Shown: positions 31,636 to 42,938, counted from the first letter of the stretch. The stretch: 64,000 bases of DNA from Candidatus Heimdallarchaeota archaeon (GCA_011364965.1 RDOB01000004.1:392769-456768), one strand, 5' to 3'. The notes: generated by a model not told the origin, from the sequence alone. Translations and numbers: made by a program.

Positions 31636-31823
31636 AAGAGACTCCACACTCATAGAAGGGCAATCCAAGATGGAGGATTGCAACGGAACAAATCCACTAT
31701 GGAACTTTTAGGGATGTCTTCCTTAAAAAAGTACTACAAACCATGACTTGATTTCTCCCTAGGTTTTGAATGTTTTTAATTTTGATTTTGAATATATAAA
31801 CTCCAGACTGAATCTAGATTGAG

Positions 31824-34421
31824 ATGGAAATCGCTATTGAAATGCTCGAGGATAAAACCACATTACTGCAGCTGCAAAAACCTGCACGGGAAGCTTCTGT
31901 AGCTCTCAAAGCACCTATTGCTCAGCTAATATCAATGTTCGCAGTTCAACCATCAGGAGATATTGCTGATGCAGCCAAAAATCTTCATCGTGTCACTAAT
32001 CAATCAGGAGTACAACTTATTCGGCAAATCTTTCCTGTAACGCTCAGAAAAAATAACAACAGGTCTGATCCTCCTTATACCGCATTGATGATCCTCGTAC
32101 GTGTATATAGGATGTTTCATCTTAAATCCGAGGCATTTTTACCTGTTATCCTACGAGAAGAACGGAAATTGTTTTTACGCCAAAGATCGATGATTTATAC
32201 CATGTTGGAAGCCAGCGGTTGTAAAGTAACGTTGATTTCGGGAAAAAAGCTTATAGGAACACATCTACACGGAGACAAGGTAGCAGAAGGTATCTCGGTC
32301 TTTAAGGGGAGGAAGGGGTTTCATTCAAAATTAACTGAACCATTTCTTAGGTTAGATCGTGTTCCCACCCGACAGGTAATCGATTATGCTGTACCTACAC
32401 TGCCCGTAACCCATCGACTTGGAAGTCGGTTAGATAACCCCTCAATCCCTGTGGGGTTACCACAGGTGAGTACAGGAAAGATCGTAGTCTGTGGGTCCAG
32501 TAACACGGAGTTAATAAGTACCTTACAGGAGTTAATTCACTCGATTAGTAAAACCCCCACTATTAAGCGGATCTTTGTGATTGATACAAGAAGTGAACTC
32601 AATGGATTCATCTCATATATCCTACAGAATCCACAACTATCCCACATCCCGCAAATGTTTCGTTTGGGAGAGAATGTCCACCTCAACCTATGCGACATCC
32701 TCGTACCTCTCTCTCCAAGTGGTGAGACACAAGATAAAGATGCTAGAGCTGCGTGGAAAGCACACGTTATCAGTCAAATCCTCCTTAATTCCTTTCACAC
32801 AACAGAATACCTCGCGTCGAGATATGCAGTACCGCTTGAATCGCAAATTCGTAAGGTTGCGGAAACAAACCATCTGTTTTCATTACGGGATGTCGCCCGT
32901 AGCTTGAGTGGCGTGAATGACGCGAACCAACAAATTAGTGGTGAGGGCACAAATATGTTATTCTCAGATGTGATGACTATAGAGGCACTTGTGGGGCTCT
33001 TGGAACAGTTTCGGTCGTTTCCAGAGGTGAACTACCAATCATTTAGCGGTCATTATGGAAATCTGATGGTGCAGGAAGGTAGTTTGTCTTTCTTTCAATT
33101 TGGAGCCCAGCCACCCCTCATTCGTCGAGCTACTGTCGGTTTCTTGCTCCATTACCTCTCACAGACTATGCAAGGGGGGTGTGTAGTTCTCACGCATGCA
33201 GATGAGGTGTTTCAAAAACAAACAGGATATAAACGTGATCAGGAAATCGGAACTTCCACCATCCTTGAGACATGGAAGACTATTGCGGCAAATAACGTAT
33301 TAATCCTAGGAAATACGCGCCTGCAGCCCCTTGCGGTGAATATGGACAATTTCGAGGGGGTACGGAATGCAGTGTACCTCAGACTGGTCAACGCACAAGA
33401 CAGGGATATAATCATCAATAAACACGAGCTAACAGGGCAAGATCCACAAATTCAGGCCAAACCATATCTAAAACAACAAACGCTCGGGATCGCGGAAGGT
33501 GAGGGGTTGCTATTTCGGGAAGATGTTCCGCAAACCGTAGGATTCCATTTTAAGCTAGAATCATTACTGCCATTCGATCCTAAACCAATCCCAGTGCGGA
33601 CAACAAAGCAGCGAGGAGCAGAAACACTGGGATTAACTCCTGAGAAGTATGAACTACTCATGCAACTGCTAAAACTAATGATTCATCATCCCTGTAACTC
33701 TGATGAAGCAATGGCACTTATCGAACCTACGAAACACGGAGAGCTAACACTCGATTATTTTACCCCGTTAGAATTATACGAAACACAAATCGATGGGGGA
33801 AATAACTACTGGATTATCACTTCGAAAGGACGAGAGTACTATGCTAAACAAAACGACTTCCTGAATTCTCTACCCCCACCGTTACCCCATGAGAAAGTAT
33901 CACATGTACAGGACGAGTTGAAGCGCTTAGAAGCTATCTATGACCTCAATTCTCCACAAGCTGAGCGACTTGCGATTAATACTAAGGTGAAACTACTAGT
34001 AGGACAATTATTGAGCCTGTACCGCCACCTACGAGTTACATCAACTCCATGGAGTCGTGTGGCGGAATACCATGACTTAATAACGATCAATTCATTAGAC
34101 TGGCAAGATTTTCGTAGTCTGTTTAGTCTAGCTTATAATATGGTTACAAATCTAATGCTGGAAATAGATCAGCTACAGAAACAGCAGTCGGAAGCGGCCC
34201 TAGAAGATCAGCTGCGTCAAACTGTGTTACGAGCGGAATCCCAGAGGACAAATTTAGACAGTTTTTTGCCTCCTGCAACCCTAATGAAACTCCAAGAGCT
34301 ATCAACGGAAATTGGAGTAGCTATTTATCCTGAAACTGGTATAGTTGATCTTACTTATGCACTTAAACTTCAAGGCCGTTCATTATTTGAAGAACTAGCA
34401 ATAAAGAAGGAGAGAGGGTAA
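31824..34421 (+). CDS. Large protein with degenerate HerA/VirB4-like ATPase domain
   Basis: KIVVCGSSNTE (eroded Walker A), IFVIDTRSEL, FRLGENVHLNL, VVLTHADEVF, GEGLLF; C-terminal wHTH-like WIITSKGREY. Confidence 0.55.
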   Translation: MEIAIEMLEDKTTLLQLQKPAREASVALKAPIAQLISMFAVQPSGDIADAAKNLHRVTNQSGVQLIRQIFPVTLRKNNNRSDPPYTALMILVRVYRMFHLKSEAFLPVILREERKLFLRQRSMIYTMLEASGCKVTLISGKKLIGTHLHGDKVAEGISVFKGRKGFHSKLTEPFLRLDRVPTRQVIDYAVPTLPVTHRLGSRLDNPSIPVGLPQVSTGKIVVCGSSNTELISTLQELIHSISKTPTIKRIFVIDTRSELNGFISYILQNPQLSHIPQMFRLGENVHLNLCDILVPLSPSGETQDKDARAAWKAHVISQILLNSFHTTEYLASRYAVPLESQIRKVAETNHLFSLRDVARSLSGVNDANQQISGEGTNMLFSDVMTIEALVGLLEQFRSFPEVNYQSFSGHYGNLMVQEGSLSFFQFGAQPPLIRRATVGFLLHYLSQTMQGGCVVLTHADEVFQKQTGYKRDQEIGTSTILETWKTIAANNVLILGNTRLQPLAVNMDNFEGVRNAVYLRLVNAQDRDIIINKHELTGQDPQIQAKPYLKQQTLGIAEGEGLLFREDVPQTVGFHFKLESLLPFDPKPIPVRTTKQRGAETLGLTPEKYELLMQLLKLMIHHPCNSDEAMALIEPTKHGELTLDYFTPLELYETQIDGGNNYWIITSKGREYYAKQNDFLNSLPPPLPHEKVSHVQDELKRLEAIYDLNSPQAERLAINTKVKLLVGQLLSLYRHLRVTSTPWSRVAEYHDLITINSLDWQDFRSLFSLAYNMVTNLMLEIDQLQKQQSEAALEDQLRQTVLRAESQRTNLDSFLPPATLMKLQELSTEIGVAIYPETGIVDLTYALKLQGRSLFEELAIKKERG

Positions 34422-34581
34422 CGTACTTAATATAAATCATTCAAATTGAAATTAGAGTAATAATTTAGCATTTTGCGTCAGAATATTGAAATGAAGGGTA
34501 CAGGGAATATAGTATAGATGGCAATATTCACTTTAACCTGTCTATATTTTTTCCAGAATATCTTGTTTATATCCCTATGGG

Positions 34582-35982
34582 GTGTTTAAAATCTTTAATC
34601 TTGTAGAAGAAGCATATGAGTCGTTTGATCAGCTTTCATACAACGAGCTTATGCATATACGAGGGCAAAATCGAGTTATATCCCTTTACTCAATGAAAAA
34701 TAGAGTCTTAGAAGAAGCATCACGTAACTTTTCACTGGGATTGGGAACCCGAATATTATCAAATGGAGCTTGGGGGTTTACTAGAACAAATATCATGGAT
34801 TCAGACAATATACGTTCATCCATGGTAATGGCGAAGAAACTTGCACAAACCGCTTCCAATTATCAAAGAACCAAAATCACTCTTTCAGAAACACGTCCCG
34901 TACATGACTCTGTTAAGAGTCAATGCCACAAACCCATAGAAATCGCTTCTCAGGATCAAATTATAAAAACACTCCAAGAAATTTCCACTGGGATATCCAC
35001 TTCTTTAACCGAATTAAAAAATATAAATTTAAGCCTCCTCGGTTTGACAGATAGAAAAATCTTTTTGAGTTCAGAAGGATCAAGGATTCAAGAAGAATTC
35101 TCCAAGGTGCAACTGAAAATTGATCTCCTCCTAAAAAAGCATGATCAATTAATACCGTTTTCAGAAACTTACGGACATACAGGCGGAATGGAGCTTTTTG
35201 ATAAAATTGATACAGATAGTATAGCAGAAAATATAGTAACAGAAGCAAAACCACTATTAGAAGCCAAAGCATGTCCAGCTGGGATCTTTAAAGTGATAAT
35301 TCAGCCTTCTTTATGTGCAACGTTATTACATGAAGCAATTGGGCACCCATTGGAAGCAGATCTCGCTATGGCAGGAGGAGGGTTTAATGAAACTTTAATG
35401 GGAAGAAAGGTCTCTTCAGAGCTAGTAACAATATATGATTCAGGATTAGTGGAGGGGGGTTTGGGCTATTTCAATTATGATGATGAAGGAGTAAAATGTA
35501 GTCCAACCACGTTAATTGAAAATGGAACCCTTGAATCTTATATGCATGATAGGACATCAGCAGCTATTTCAGACGTAGAATCCACAGGAAACTCTCATGC
35601 CTGGGATTATAGCGTACCACCTTTGATACGACAAACCAATATTGGAATGAAGGCGGGGGATTGTACTATGGATGAACTAATTGAAGATATAAACCAAGGC
35701 CTTCTCCTCGAGGGTACTTTTGGAGGGATGGCCAACTCAAATGCCGATTTTACTTTTGGTTTCCAACAGGCATTTCAGATAAGACAAGGGCATATTGATC
35801 AGGTATATTTAGGGGCCAATGTGTCAGGAAACGCCATCGAAGTCTTTCAAACAATAGATGGAATCAGTAACAAAGCGATATTACGACCTGGGGCCTGTGG
35901 GAAGGGGCAGTTCGCGATCCAAGGACGTATCGTGCCTGCGATACGCTGTAATATTATGATCGGAGGTAAAGGAGGTACATAG
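34582..35982 (+). CDS. tldD: TldD-family metalloprotease
   Basis: GAWGF, LLHEAIGHPLEAD, YDDEG, IRQTN, PGACGKGQ. Confidence 0.93.
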   Translation: MFKIFNLVEEAYESFDQLSYNELMHIRGQNRVISLYSMKNRVLEEASRNFSLGLGTRILSNGAWGFTRTNIMDSDNIRSSMVMAKKLAQTASNYQRTKITLSETRPVHDSVKSQCHKPIEIASQDQIIKTLQEISTGISTSLTELKNINLSLLGLTDRKIFLSSEGSRIQEEFSKVQLKIDLLLKKHDQLIPFSETYGHTGGMELFDKIDTDSIAENIVTEAKPLLEAKACPAGIFKVIIQPSLCATLLHEAIGHPLEADLAMAGGGFNETLMGRKVSSELVTIYDSGLVEGGLGYFNYDDEGVKCSPTTLIENGTLESYMHDRTSAAISDVESTGNSHAWDYSVPPLIRQTNIGMKAGDCTMDELIEDINQGLLLEGTFGGMANSNADFTFGFQQAFQIRQGHIDQVYLGANVSGNAIEVFQTIDGISNKAILRPGACGKGQFAIQGRIVPAIRCNIMIGGKGGT

Positions 35983-37386
35983 ATGGCAATTAATCAAACT
36001 TGGGAAATTCTCAAGGAGAACGTTCAGTGGGCGTTAAGACTTATAGAAGAGCATATTGTTGCAGCAGAAGCATTCTACACACTAAAAAACCTCACCCAGA
36101 TTCAAATTAGAAATTCAGAGATAACAGGGAATAATCAAGGTATAGATGGAGGAATCGGATTCCGAACATTAATTGGAGGCAATCGATTAGGATTTACTTC
36201 TACCAACAACTTTTTGAAAAAAGAAGAAGTCCTTAAAGCAGTAGAAAATGCCATCAACCTCGCTCAGATTAGTACTCCCAATGAACATGTCTGTTTTCCA
36301 GAAAAATCCAACCCTAAAATTATTAAGGGCCTATTTGATAATGAATTTGTCACTACTACTATAGATGAAGCTCTAGATATTGCAAAATCAGGATTAATCG
36401 CAACAGAAGCAGTTGATAAACGAGTAAAAGTGAAACGAGGAGAATTGTTTCTCGAATATGGATGGAAAGGAATTCAAAATACTCTAGGAGTAGAGGTGGA
36501 AACCAAAAACAGTCGGGGAGTCTTCTATCTCGGCGCAATTGCACAGGAGCAAGATCAAGTGACTGGATTATGTTCAGAGATAAACCGTACTACCTCCTTG
36601 GATTTTGATGCACAAAAACAGGGAGAGACAGTGGCGAGAAAAGTATTAAACCTTTTGAATCCAAAAACAATTACGAGCTTCACCGGGCCAGTGATTTTTT
36701 CCCCTGAAGTCGTTGCTGATCACATTTTTGCAGTCATAACAGAAGCATTGAAAGGAGACAATGTAATTGCGAACTCCTCAGCTTGGACAGATAGGATAGG
36801 AAGCCCAGTAGCCATAAATAGCCTTACAATTTCTGATAACCCCTTATTACAGGCTAATTTTGCCTCTCAACCATTTGATGATGAAGGAGCAGCAACTACT
36901 CAAACACTCCTAGTCAAGAATGGAGAATTAAAACAATTTTTACAACATTCCAGTAGCGCAAAAGCTTTCAACGATAAAACGACAGGAAATGCATCCCGAT
37001 ACGGTACGGGTTGGGACATTACACGACTGATTGTAGGTTCGGGCTATAAGGTACAACCCATAGTATACCCCCACAATTTAATCATTGAACCAAGCCAATA
37101 TACTTTAACTGACCTTATCGAAGAGGTGAGTCATGGGCTTTTCATTGATTCGGTTGCAGGTTTCCCCCATCCAGGTTCAGGACTGGTGAGTGCACAAATA
37201 TCCAGAGGATTTTTTATTGAAAAAGGAGAACTTACGCAGGCAATAAAGGATACTATGGTTGTAGGAAATGTTTTTGAGTGGTTACAGCATATCTCAGGTG
37301 TCTCGAAAGAAACTAAACAATTTGATTTCTGTCATATGCCTGCCCTCCGTGTTGAGGAGGTAAAAATCGTAGGAAGAGAACAATAA
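35983..37386 (+). CDS. pmbA: PmbA/TldE-family protein
   Basis: GIGFR, PFDDEG, TTGNASR; no HExxH; directly follows tldD. Confidence 0.9.
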   Translation: MAINQTWEILKENVQWALRLIEEHIVAAEAFYTLKNLTQIQIRNSEITGNNQGIDGGIGFRTLIGGNRLGFTSTNNFLKKEEVLKAVENAINLAQISTPNEHVCFPEKSNPKIIKGLFDNEFVTTTIDEALDIAKSGLIATEAVDKRVKVKRGELFLEYGWKGIQNTLGVEVETKNSRGVFYLGAIAQEQDQVTGLCSEINRTTSLDFDAQKQGETVARKVLNLLNPKTITSFTGPVIFSPEVVADHIFAVITEALKGDNVIANSSAWTDRIGSPVAINSLTISDNPLLQANFASQPFDDEGAATTQTLLVKNGELKQFLQHSSSAKAFNDKTTGNASRYGTGWDITRLIVGSGYKVQPIVYPHNLIIEPSQYTLTDLIEEVSHGLFIDSVAGFPHPGSGLVSAQISRGFFIEKGELTQAIKDTMVVGNVFEWLQHISGVSKETKQFDFCHMPALRVEEVKIVGREQ

Positions 37387-37460
37387 CTGAATTAAAGATG
37401 AAAACTAAAAAAAAATCATTTGTGTCAATAATTTACTTCGAAACATCCTGATTCGAGGGT

Positions 37461-38358
37461 TTGAATGTGCATATTAAGAAACATACATCTTTTTTTGGTG
37501 TGTTGTTATCCCTTTCGTTTTCTGTCCTCTACCTCAGGACATGGGGGAAAAATAAGTAGTAATAGCACTGTGACTCAGGAAACTACTGGGCCTCCGTACT
37601 ATATAATCTCATACTAGTATTATGTTTATACTGCGTGTTATAAATGGGGGTTTCCAATTATCGATTATTCCAACCTCAGTTGTCCCAAAGTGGTGAATCG
37701 GATTCCCCTTAATACATGGCATTCTTTTAAAAATATTCAGGTTCAGAAATATGGAGTATATATTGGAGATTATCGATATGGGATTTACGGTCTTAGTTAT
37801 GATCCTATCCACCCACTCTGTCTATGGACTTATGACGTAAAACGTGGAAAAATAGGGCCAAAAGCCATTAAACAAACAATTTCTAATCGATTCTTCGTTT
37901 TGAACTTCTAGCAAAAAATTGCGGAGGAAGAAGAAGCTTTAATGTTCTATATTATTCCCCGAGTAAACTCCACGATGTGCGGTCAACCATATAATGTTTA
38001 CTATCCCATTGAGCAGCAATATAACCACTTTACTCTACTGGAAGAGAACATTCTTGCTGTGGGTGATGAGAATAATACACTCATTTTCTTTGAAATCACT
38101 GAAAAACAGCAATTAGAGTACATAACTGCAATCTGTCTCGGCTCTAATGGAACGATAAGAGATCTTTGTCCCCTTACGAATACGAAAGAAATCTACATTG
38201 TGGACGGAGCTAATGGTTTACTGAAATTAGCCATTCAGGTTGAATAATCAACACAATCGGGGCTTTATGGTTTTGAAAGTCGGATCTTAATTCTTGGAGG
38301 GTGTCTCATTATCTTAAACAAAAAACGAAAGCAAGAATTCTACCTTCCTTCTGATTAA
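37461..38358 (+). pseudogene. Disrupted LVIVD-repeat surface protein with C-terminal membrane anchor
   Basis: One frame reads YVYTACYKWGFPIIDYSNLSCPKVV...IYIVDGANGL...YGFESRILILGGCLIILNKKRK through TAG 37615, TAG 37909 and TAA 38245. A signal-peptide-like N-terminus lies in another frame. Confidence 0.7.
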
Positions 38359-38510
38359 GAGGGAGTAAAGGCTCTTCAGCCCTAAAAAAGGGAGCATAAT
38401 CACTAAGAAATTTCCTTCAAAATAAACAGAACTCTCCTCTGGGGAGCAATCGACTTCTCAGATCATATATTATTTAATCAGGAATTCCGAAAAAGGACTG
38501 AGATTCGACT

Positions 38511-39260
38511 ATGGTAAAATTGAAAATGTGGGCCAATCTTTCTACTCCTGTTCAACAAATAGCGTTTTTAATGAGTAGTATATGGGCTATTGCTCCATTA
38601 ATTGCCCGAATTATCGCTATCATGATTACAGGTGCAACTGGATTGGTCTTAGTATCATATTATTTCTGGAACATTGCAGATTTAACACTGGGATTATTTT
38701 TCCGGGCATTCCGACTAAATACATTGGCTTATAGTTTTTTAAATTTTCATTCTGTTCCTTACTTGCAGTTTTTATTTGTAATTTTTGTGCAAATCTCCCG
38801 TTTAGGAGGTATCGTAGGGATCCTGCTGTTTATTGGAGCTGTGATCGAATTAGCACGAAGTAAACAGCGGAAAGAAAGCATAACGACCACAAATATCTAT
38901 AGCATAATCCGTCATCCTCAAAATGTAGCGTTTATCTTGATGGGATTAGGATACCTTTTTCTTCTAGAAGTACGCTTAGGAGATGTCTTCTCATGGTCAA
39001 TTTTTACCTTTATAGTCATTATGGAGGCCCGATGGGAGGAAAAACGGTTACTAAAGCAGTTTCCAACGGAATACACATTATATAAAACAAATACTCCATT
39101 TATGATCCCTTTAGTGCGGTTTCCTGCTTTCCAGAGGGTACACAACCTGTCGTACAAACAAGAATTAGGAATCGGGATACTAATCTATTTGATTCTTTCA
39201 ATTCCAACATTTACTTTTCTAGAATCGTTTTCTATGGGCACATTCGGACTTATCAGCTGA
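38511..39260 (+). CDS. Isoprenylcysteine carboxyl methyltransferase/PEMT-family membrane protein
   Basis: IYSIIRHPQN, EEKRLLKQFPTEYTLYK.TPFMIP. Confidence 0.85.
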   Translation: MVKLKMWANLSTPVQQIAFLMSSIWAIAPLIARIIAIMITGATGLVLVSYYFWNIADLTLGLFFRAFRLNTLAYSFLNFHSVPYLQFLFVIFVQISRLGGIVGILLFIGAVIELARSKQRKESITTTNIYSIIRHPQNVAFILMGLGYLFLLEVRLGDVFSWSIFTFIVIMEARWEEKRLLKQFPTEYTLYKTNTPFMIPLVRFPAFQRVHNLSYKQELGIGILIYLILSIPTFTFLESFSMGTFGLIS

Positions 39261-39475
39261 AATTCTAAAATGCCAACTCTTATTAGGCTATTGGAGTCAT
39301 TATTTTAGCGTGATATTGAAGGGGGAAAAATCTCTTTTTATTCTTTGAATGCAGAGAAAATATAGGGAGAGGTTTATTGAATTTTAAACAGCTTTCATGA
39401 TTGTTTCTATTTCCCCTTTTAAAAGGTTATAAAGGGGGAATCCCTTAATTGACCACTTAAGGAAGCTAAGGCCAA

Positions 39476-39790
39476 ATGAGGAAACATGAAGAATTAGAAG
39501 AAAAATCAGCCCCATGTATCACGAGAAGTGTCGCTTTTTGTATCGATGGCTGTTTTAATTTTGTACCCTGTTATTTTTTCTGGAAAGATAATCTTAGACA
39601 CGGACAGAGCTTTGGAAAAAGACTCTTCGGACTCCGCGTTGTCAACTTCTCAGATGGAAAACCTATCACCCTCTCAACCTCCTGCATGAGGAACTGCTGC
39701 TTCTGCTGTCCTTGCTTAGCATTAAAAACCAAAAGTAAAAGACGCTTGGGGGATTATTTCGCAGGAACCATTGTTATAAAAGATACTTAA
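39476..39790 (+). CDS. Short cysteine-rich RDD-family protein
   Basis: R..AFCID, GQSFGKRLFGLRVV, RRLGDYFAGTIV. Confidence 0.82.
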   Translation: MRKHEELEEKSAPCITRSVAFCIDGCFNFVPCYFFWKDNLRHGQSFGKRLFGLRVVNFSDGKPITLSTSCMRNCCFCCPCLALKTKSKRRLGDYFAGTIVIKDT

Positions 39791-39823
39791 CTTAAATCAC
39801 CCAATCGTGGCTGAATCTAGATT

Positions 39824-40416
39824 ATGAAACGACTAGCCATTCCAATTATCGAGTGTTTTTTGACGATTTTATTCTCACCTAGTAAGTTCAACAGTTTGTA
39901 CTGAACCATTCACTCTTCAGATTATCGGTTGTCATCATTATGCAGGATTAATTCCTCCCAATATCACGTGTACATATGATGCACGGGGATAATGACGAAA
40001 TTATTTTCGAGCTTCAATACAATGAGAAAGAAAGCATTAATATTACCAGCATAGAGATTTGGCAGACGCTACATTTCTATAATTCATATTGGAACGTAAC
40101 AACCAGAAAGACGATTGAAATCCCTGATGTTCCCTTGTCTCAAGGAGACCAGTATTATTTCCTAGCATCAGGGTTATTTATATTCATAGATCAAGGGAAG
40201 ACATTTACACAAGGACCTTTTTATGCGAAAATAATAGTGTCAGATGTTGACTATTGGATAACATTAGAGAGTTTTCCAGATACAATTCAAGAGGTTACTG
40301 AAGCAAACCTTCTGCCAAATACCCAGCTCTCAGAGAGAATCTCTTCAATCCGCATTTCCATATTACTTCCAAGCATTAGTTTCCTTGCGCTTCGGAAGAA
40401 AATCCATAGAAAATGA
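39824..40416 (+). pseudogene. Secreted, C-terminally anchored hypothetical protein; 5' part apparently frameshifted
   Basis: MKRLAIPIIECFLTILFS signal-like start at 39824 is out of frame with the 39976-40416 ORF, which ends in a hydrophobic plus basic tail. Confidence 0.45.
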
Positions 40417-40532
40417 CCAAAAAGTAAACATATTAAGCTAGAGAGTACAAAGTTGCCACTAGCTTTAACCTTATAATCAAAGAGTCTAAATCAAAACACG
40501 CTTCTAAGACCAAATCCTTACAAGGTGATAGA

Positions 40533-41558
40533 ATGAGTAATGATGATCAGCAATCCTCACGGAAAACACTCCTTGAAAAGATTAGTGTGAGATATGGAGT
40601 ATCTAGCAATGATTTTCACTTTTTAGCGGAAGCTGACAACAATTTCATTTATGAATTCATCTTAGAAGGAAAAGAATATATTTTAAGGGCAGGAACACGC
40701 CATAAAGAGGAGTTAATACAGGCAGAAATAGAATGGATTCTCTTTCTTCACTCTCAGAACATTAAAGTATCAATTCCTGTTCACTCAAAAGTTAAAAAGT
40801 ACCTAGAGCAAGTAGAACACGAAGGAAAAATCTATCAGGTTGTGGCATTTGAAAAAGCTCTTGGAGATCGCGTTGAACTCCGAAATCCAGCTGAATGGAA
40901 CGAACAATTCTGGGAAACCATGGGGAAGGTTATGGCAAACCTCCATCAGGCCTCAGTTTTATATAATAGTCACGAACCTCAATACCGACGCCCCATGTAT
41001 TACGAGGATGAGTATGTGGTAGGTTTGGACGACTATTTAGATTCTGAAGAGGACAAAGCAATATTTCAAATTGCAAACCGTTTGTTAAAACACTTTGAAG
41101 AACTACCTACCAATCCCGATGCATTCGGGGTGATCCACACGGATCTTCACACTGATAACTTCCATAAACACGGAAACAATATGATTATATTTGACTGGGA
41201 CGATTCATACTATTTTTTCTTTATATATGACCTTGCTGCAGCATTTCACGAAACAATCTGGGATAATCCAGTAGAGAAACGACAAGAATTTGCTGATCGA
41301 TTTATACCTGTTTTTTGGAAAGGTTACTCATCAGTTTATCCTCTGGATCGTAAATGGTTAAATTATCTGTCGGAATTTTTCAAATGGCGAGAGTTCATCA
41401 TTTATGTCTGTGTAGTAAAGGATTTGAAAAAAGGGCCGCCTAATAAGCAAACGAAGTTATTTTTAAACAATGTGAAGACTGAATTTCGAGACTTGCTTGT
41501 GAACAATAAGCAAATGGTAGACATTCCTAGTGATTTGGCAAAATGGTTTCCACATTAA
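40533..41558 (+). CDS. APH/homoserine kinase type II-like phosphotransferase
   Basis: AEIEWILFL, GVIHTDLHTDNF, IFDWDD, YDLA. Confidence 0.9.
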   Translation: MSNDDQQSSRKTLLEKISVRYGVSSNDFHFLAEADNNFIYEFILEGKEYILRAGTRHKEELIQAEIEWILFLHSQNIKVSIPVHSKVKKYLEQVEHEGKIYQVVAFEKALGDRVELRNPAEWNEQFWETMGKVMANLHQASVLYNSHEPQYRRPMYYEDEYVVGLDDYLDSEEDKAIFQIANRLLKHFEELPTNPDAFGVIHTDLHTDNFHKHGNNMIIFDWDDSYYFFFIYDLAAAFHETIWDNPVEKRQEFADRFIPVFWKGYSSVYPLDRKWLNYLSEFFKWREFIIYVCVVKDLKKGPPNKQTKLFLNNVKTEFRDLLVNNKQMVDIPSDLAKWFPH

Positions 41559-41633
41559 AGGGAAGTATCCTACCCAGAGGAGGTATACGATATTTTGAAT
41601 AAATCCCAATAAAGTAGAAAAGGAGCTCAAACG

Positions 41634-42455
41634 ATGGAAACAAGAAAAGAATACATAAAGGAATTATTTAAAAAGAATAGAAGTATACTTAAAGCCCCTG
41701 ACTGGGCTACTATGCCACCCCCTGAAGATTGGGAATCAGATCAACAGAAGGGAGTGGAAGAACCTCCCGCTCAAAAGGTTTATGCAAAAGATGCCCAAAT
41801 TACAAACCTCATCCCTCATACAGAGTTTAATTCAAAAAATTTTCCTATCAGCTTAATAGAGGCCATTACAAATCGACGCAGTCGTAGAAATTATAGCGAA
41901 AAACCATTAACTCTAAAAGAACTGTCATTTTTACTTTATACAACCCAAGGTGTGCAGAAAATAGGGATTGATGAACGCCACGGACAAAAAAGGGCATTAA
42001 AACGAACTGTACCATCAGGGGGATCGCGGCATCCCTTTGAAACTTACCTAGTCGTACAACGCGTAGAGAACCTATCGCCAGGAATCTATCGTTATCTTGC
42101 TATAGAGGAGAAGCTGTTGTTCGTAAAACCAATTGAGGAAACAACTATTGGAGAGACGTTATCGAGATTTACTAATGATCAAACTTTTTCAGGTAGAAGC
42201 GCAGTTTTCTTTATTTGGACAGTTACACCTTATCGGACGGAATGGCGGTACTCACTGATTTCCTACAGAACCATACCGATCGAAGTGGGGCATATCTGTC
42301 AAAACTTATATCTAGCATGTGAGGCTATTAATGCAGGGATGTGTGCGATTTTGGCATATGATCAAAAAGGGATCGACGACTTAATTGGAGTGGATGGGGA
42401 AGAAGAGTTTGCTACTTACGTAGCTCCGGTAGGAAAGAGGAAAGAAAAAGAATGA
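41634..42455 (+). CDS. SagB/ThcOx-family nitroreductase-fold dehydrogenase
   Basis: RRSRRNY, RTVPSGGSRHPFETY, EVGHICQNLYLACEA. Confidence 0.92.
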   Translation: METRKEYIKELFKKNRSILKAPDWATMPPPEDWESDQQKGVEEPPAQKVYAKDAQITNLIPHTEFNSKNFPISLIEAITNRRSRRNYSEKPLTLKELSFLLYTTQGVQKIGIDERHGQKRALKRTVPSGGSRHPFETYLVVQRVENLSPGIYRYLAIEEKLLFVKPIEETTIGETLSRFTNDQTFSGRSAVFFIWTVTPYRTEWRYSLISYRTIPIEVGHICQNLYLACEAINAGMCAILAYDQKGIDDLIGVDGEEEFATYVAPVGKRKEKE

Positions 42456-42529
42456 GTAAAAGATTTTAAACCAGTATGACCAAAAGAATGGAAGAGTCCA
42501 AAAAATGTAGGTCTTCCTTGGAAAGTAAG

Positions 42530-42763
42530 ATGAAGAATATACTCAATATGAATAACAAACTTCTTATAATCATAATATTAGTACTTGTTGGAATATTCAC
42601 TCCTTCCATTATTTTAGTGACAAATAAACCATTTTTACAGTAGGAAAAGTTGAATACTCAACATAAATATTCCTTCAAACAAATAAAAGGGAGTATTTTC
42701 AAAGAATCAATCCCTTTATGCATTGAAAATAACACTGATTTTCACACTCTACATTTTAGTTAA
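42530..42763 (+). pseudogene. Remnant of a secreted protein
   Basis: MNNKLLIIIILVLVGIFTPSII signal peptide, in-frame TAG 42641, continues to PLCIENNTDF before TAA. Confidence 0.4.
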
Positions 42764-42938
42764 AAATGTACGGTACTGCACATGGGTAAATAGAGATTAT
42801 TATCCTAATTTCTCTTCACCTAATGATCGACAATTATTCGATAGTTATTTTTTATTAATTAAATATTACAGAAAGAAAAGGATCAGAAAGAAATGTTTAA
42901 GACAATCGAATGCTACTTCTTAGATCCCTGAAATATTC

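Noticed and set aside
28016-42455. RiPP cluster (radical SAM, CPBP, TldD/E, SagB)
   Set aside because: The genes are scattered among unrelated ones, there is no YcaO or adjacent precursor peptide, and all are common stand-alone archaeal families.
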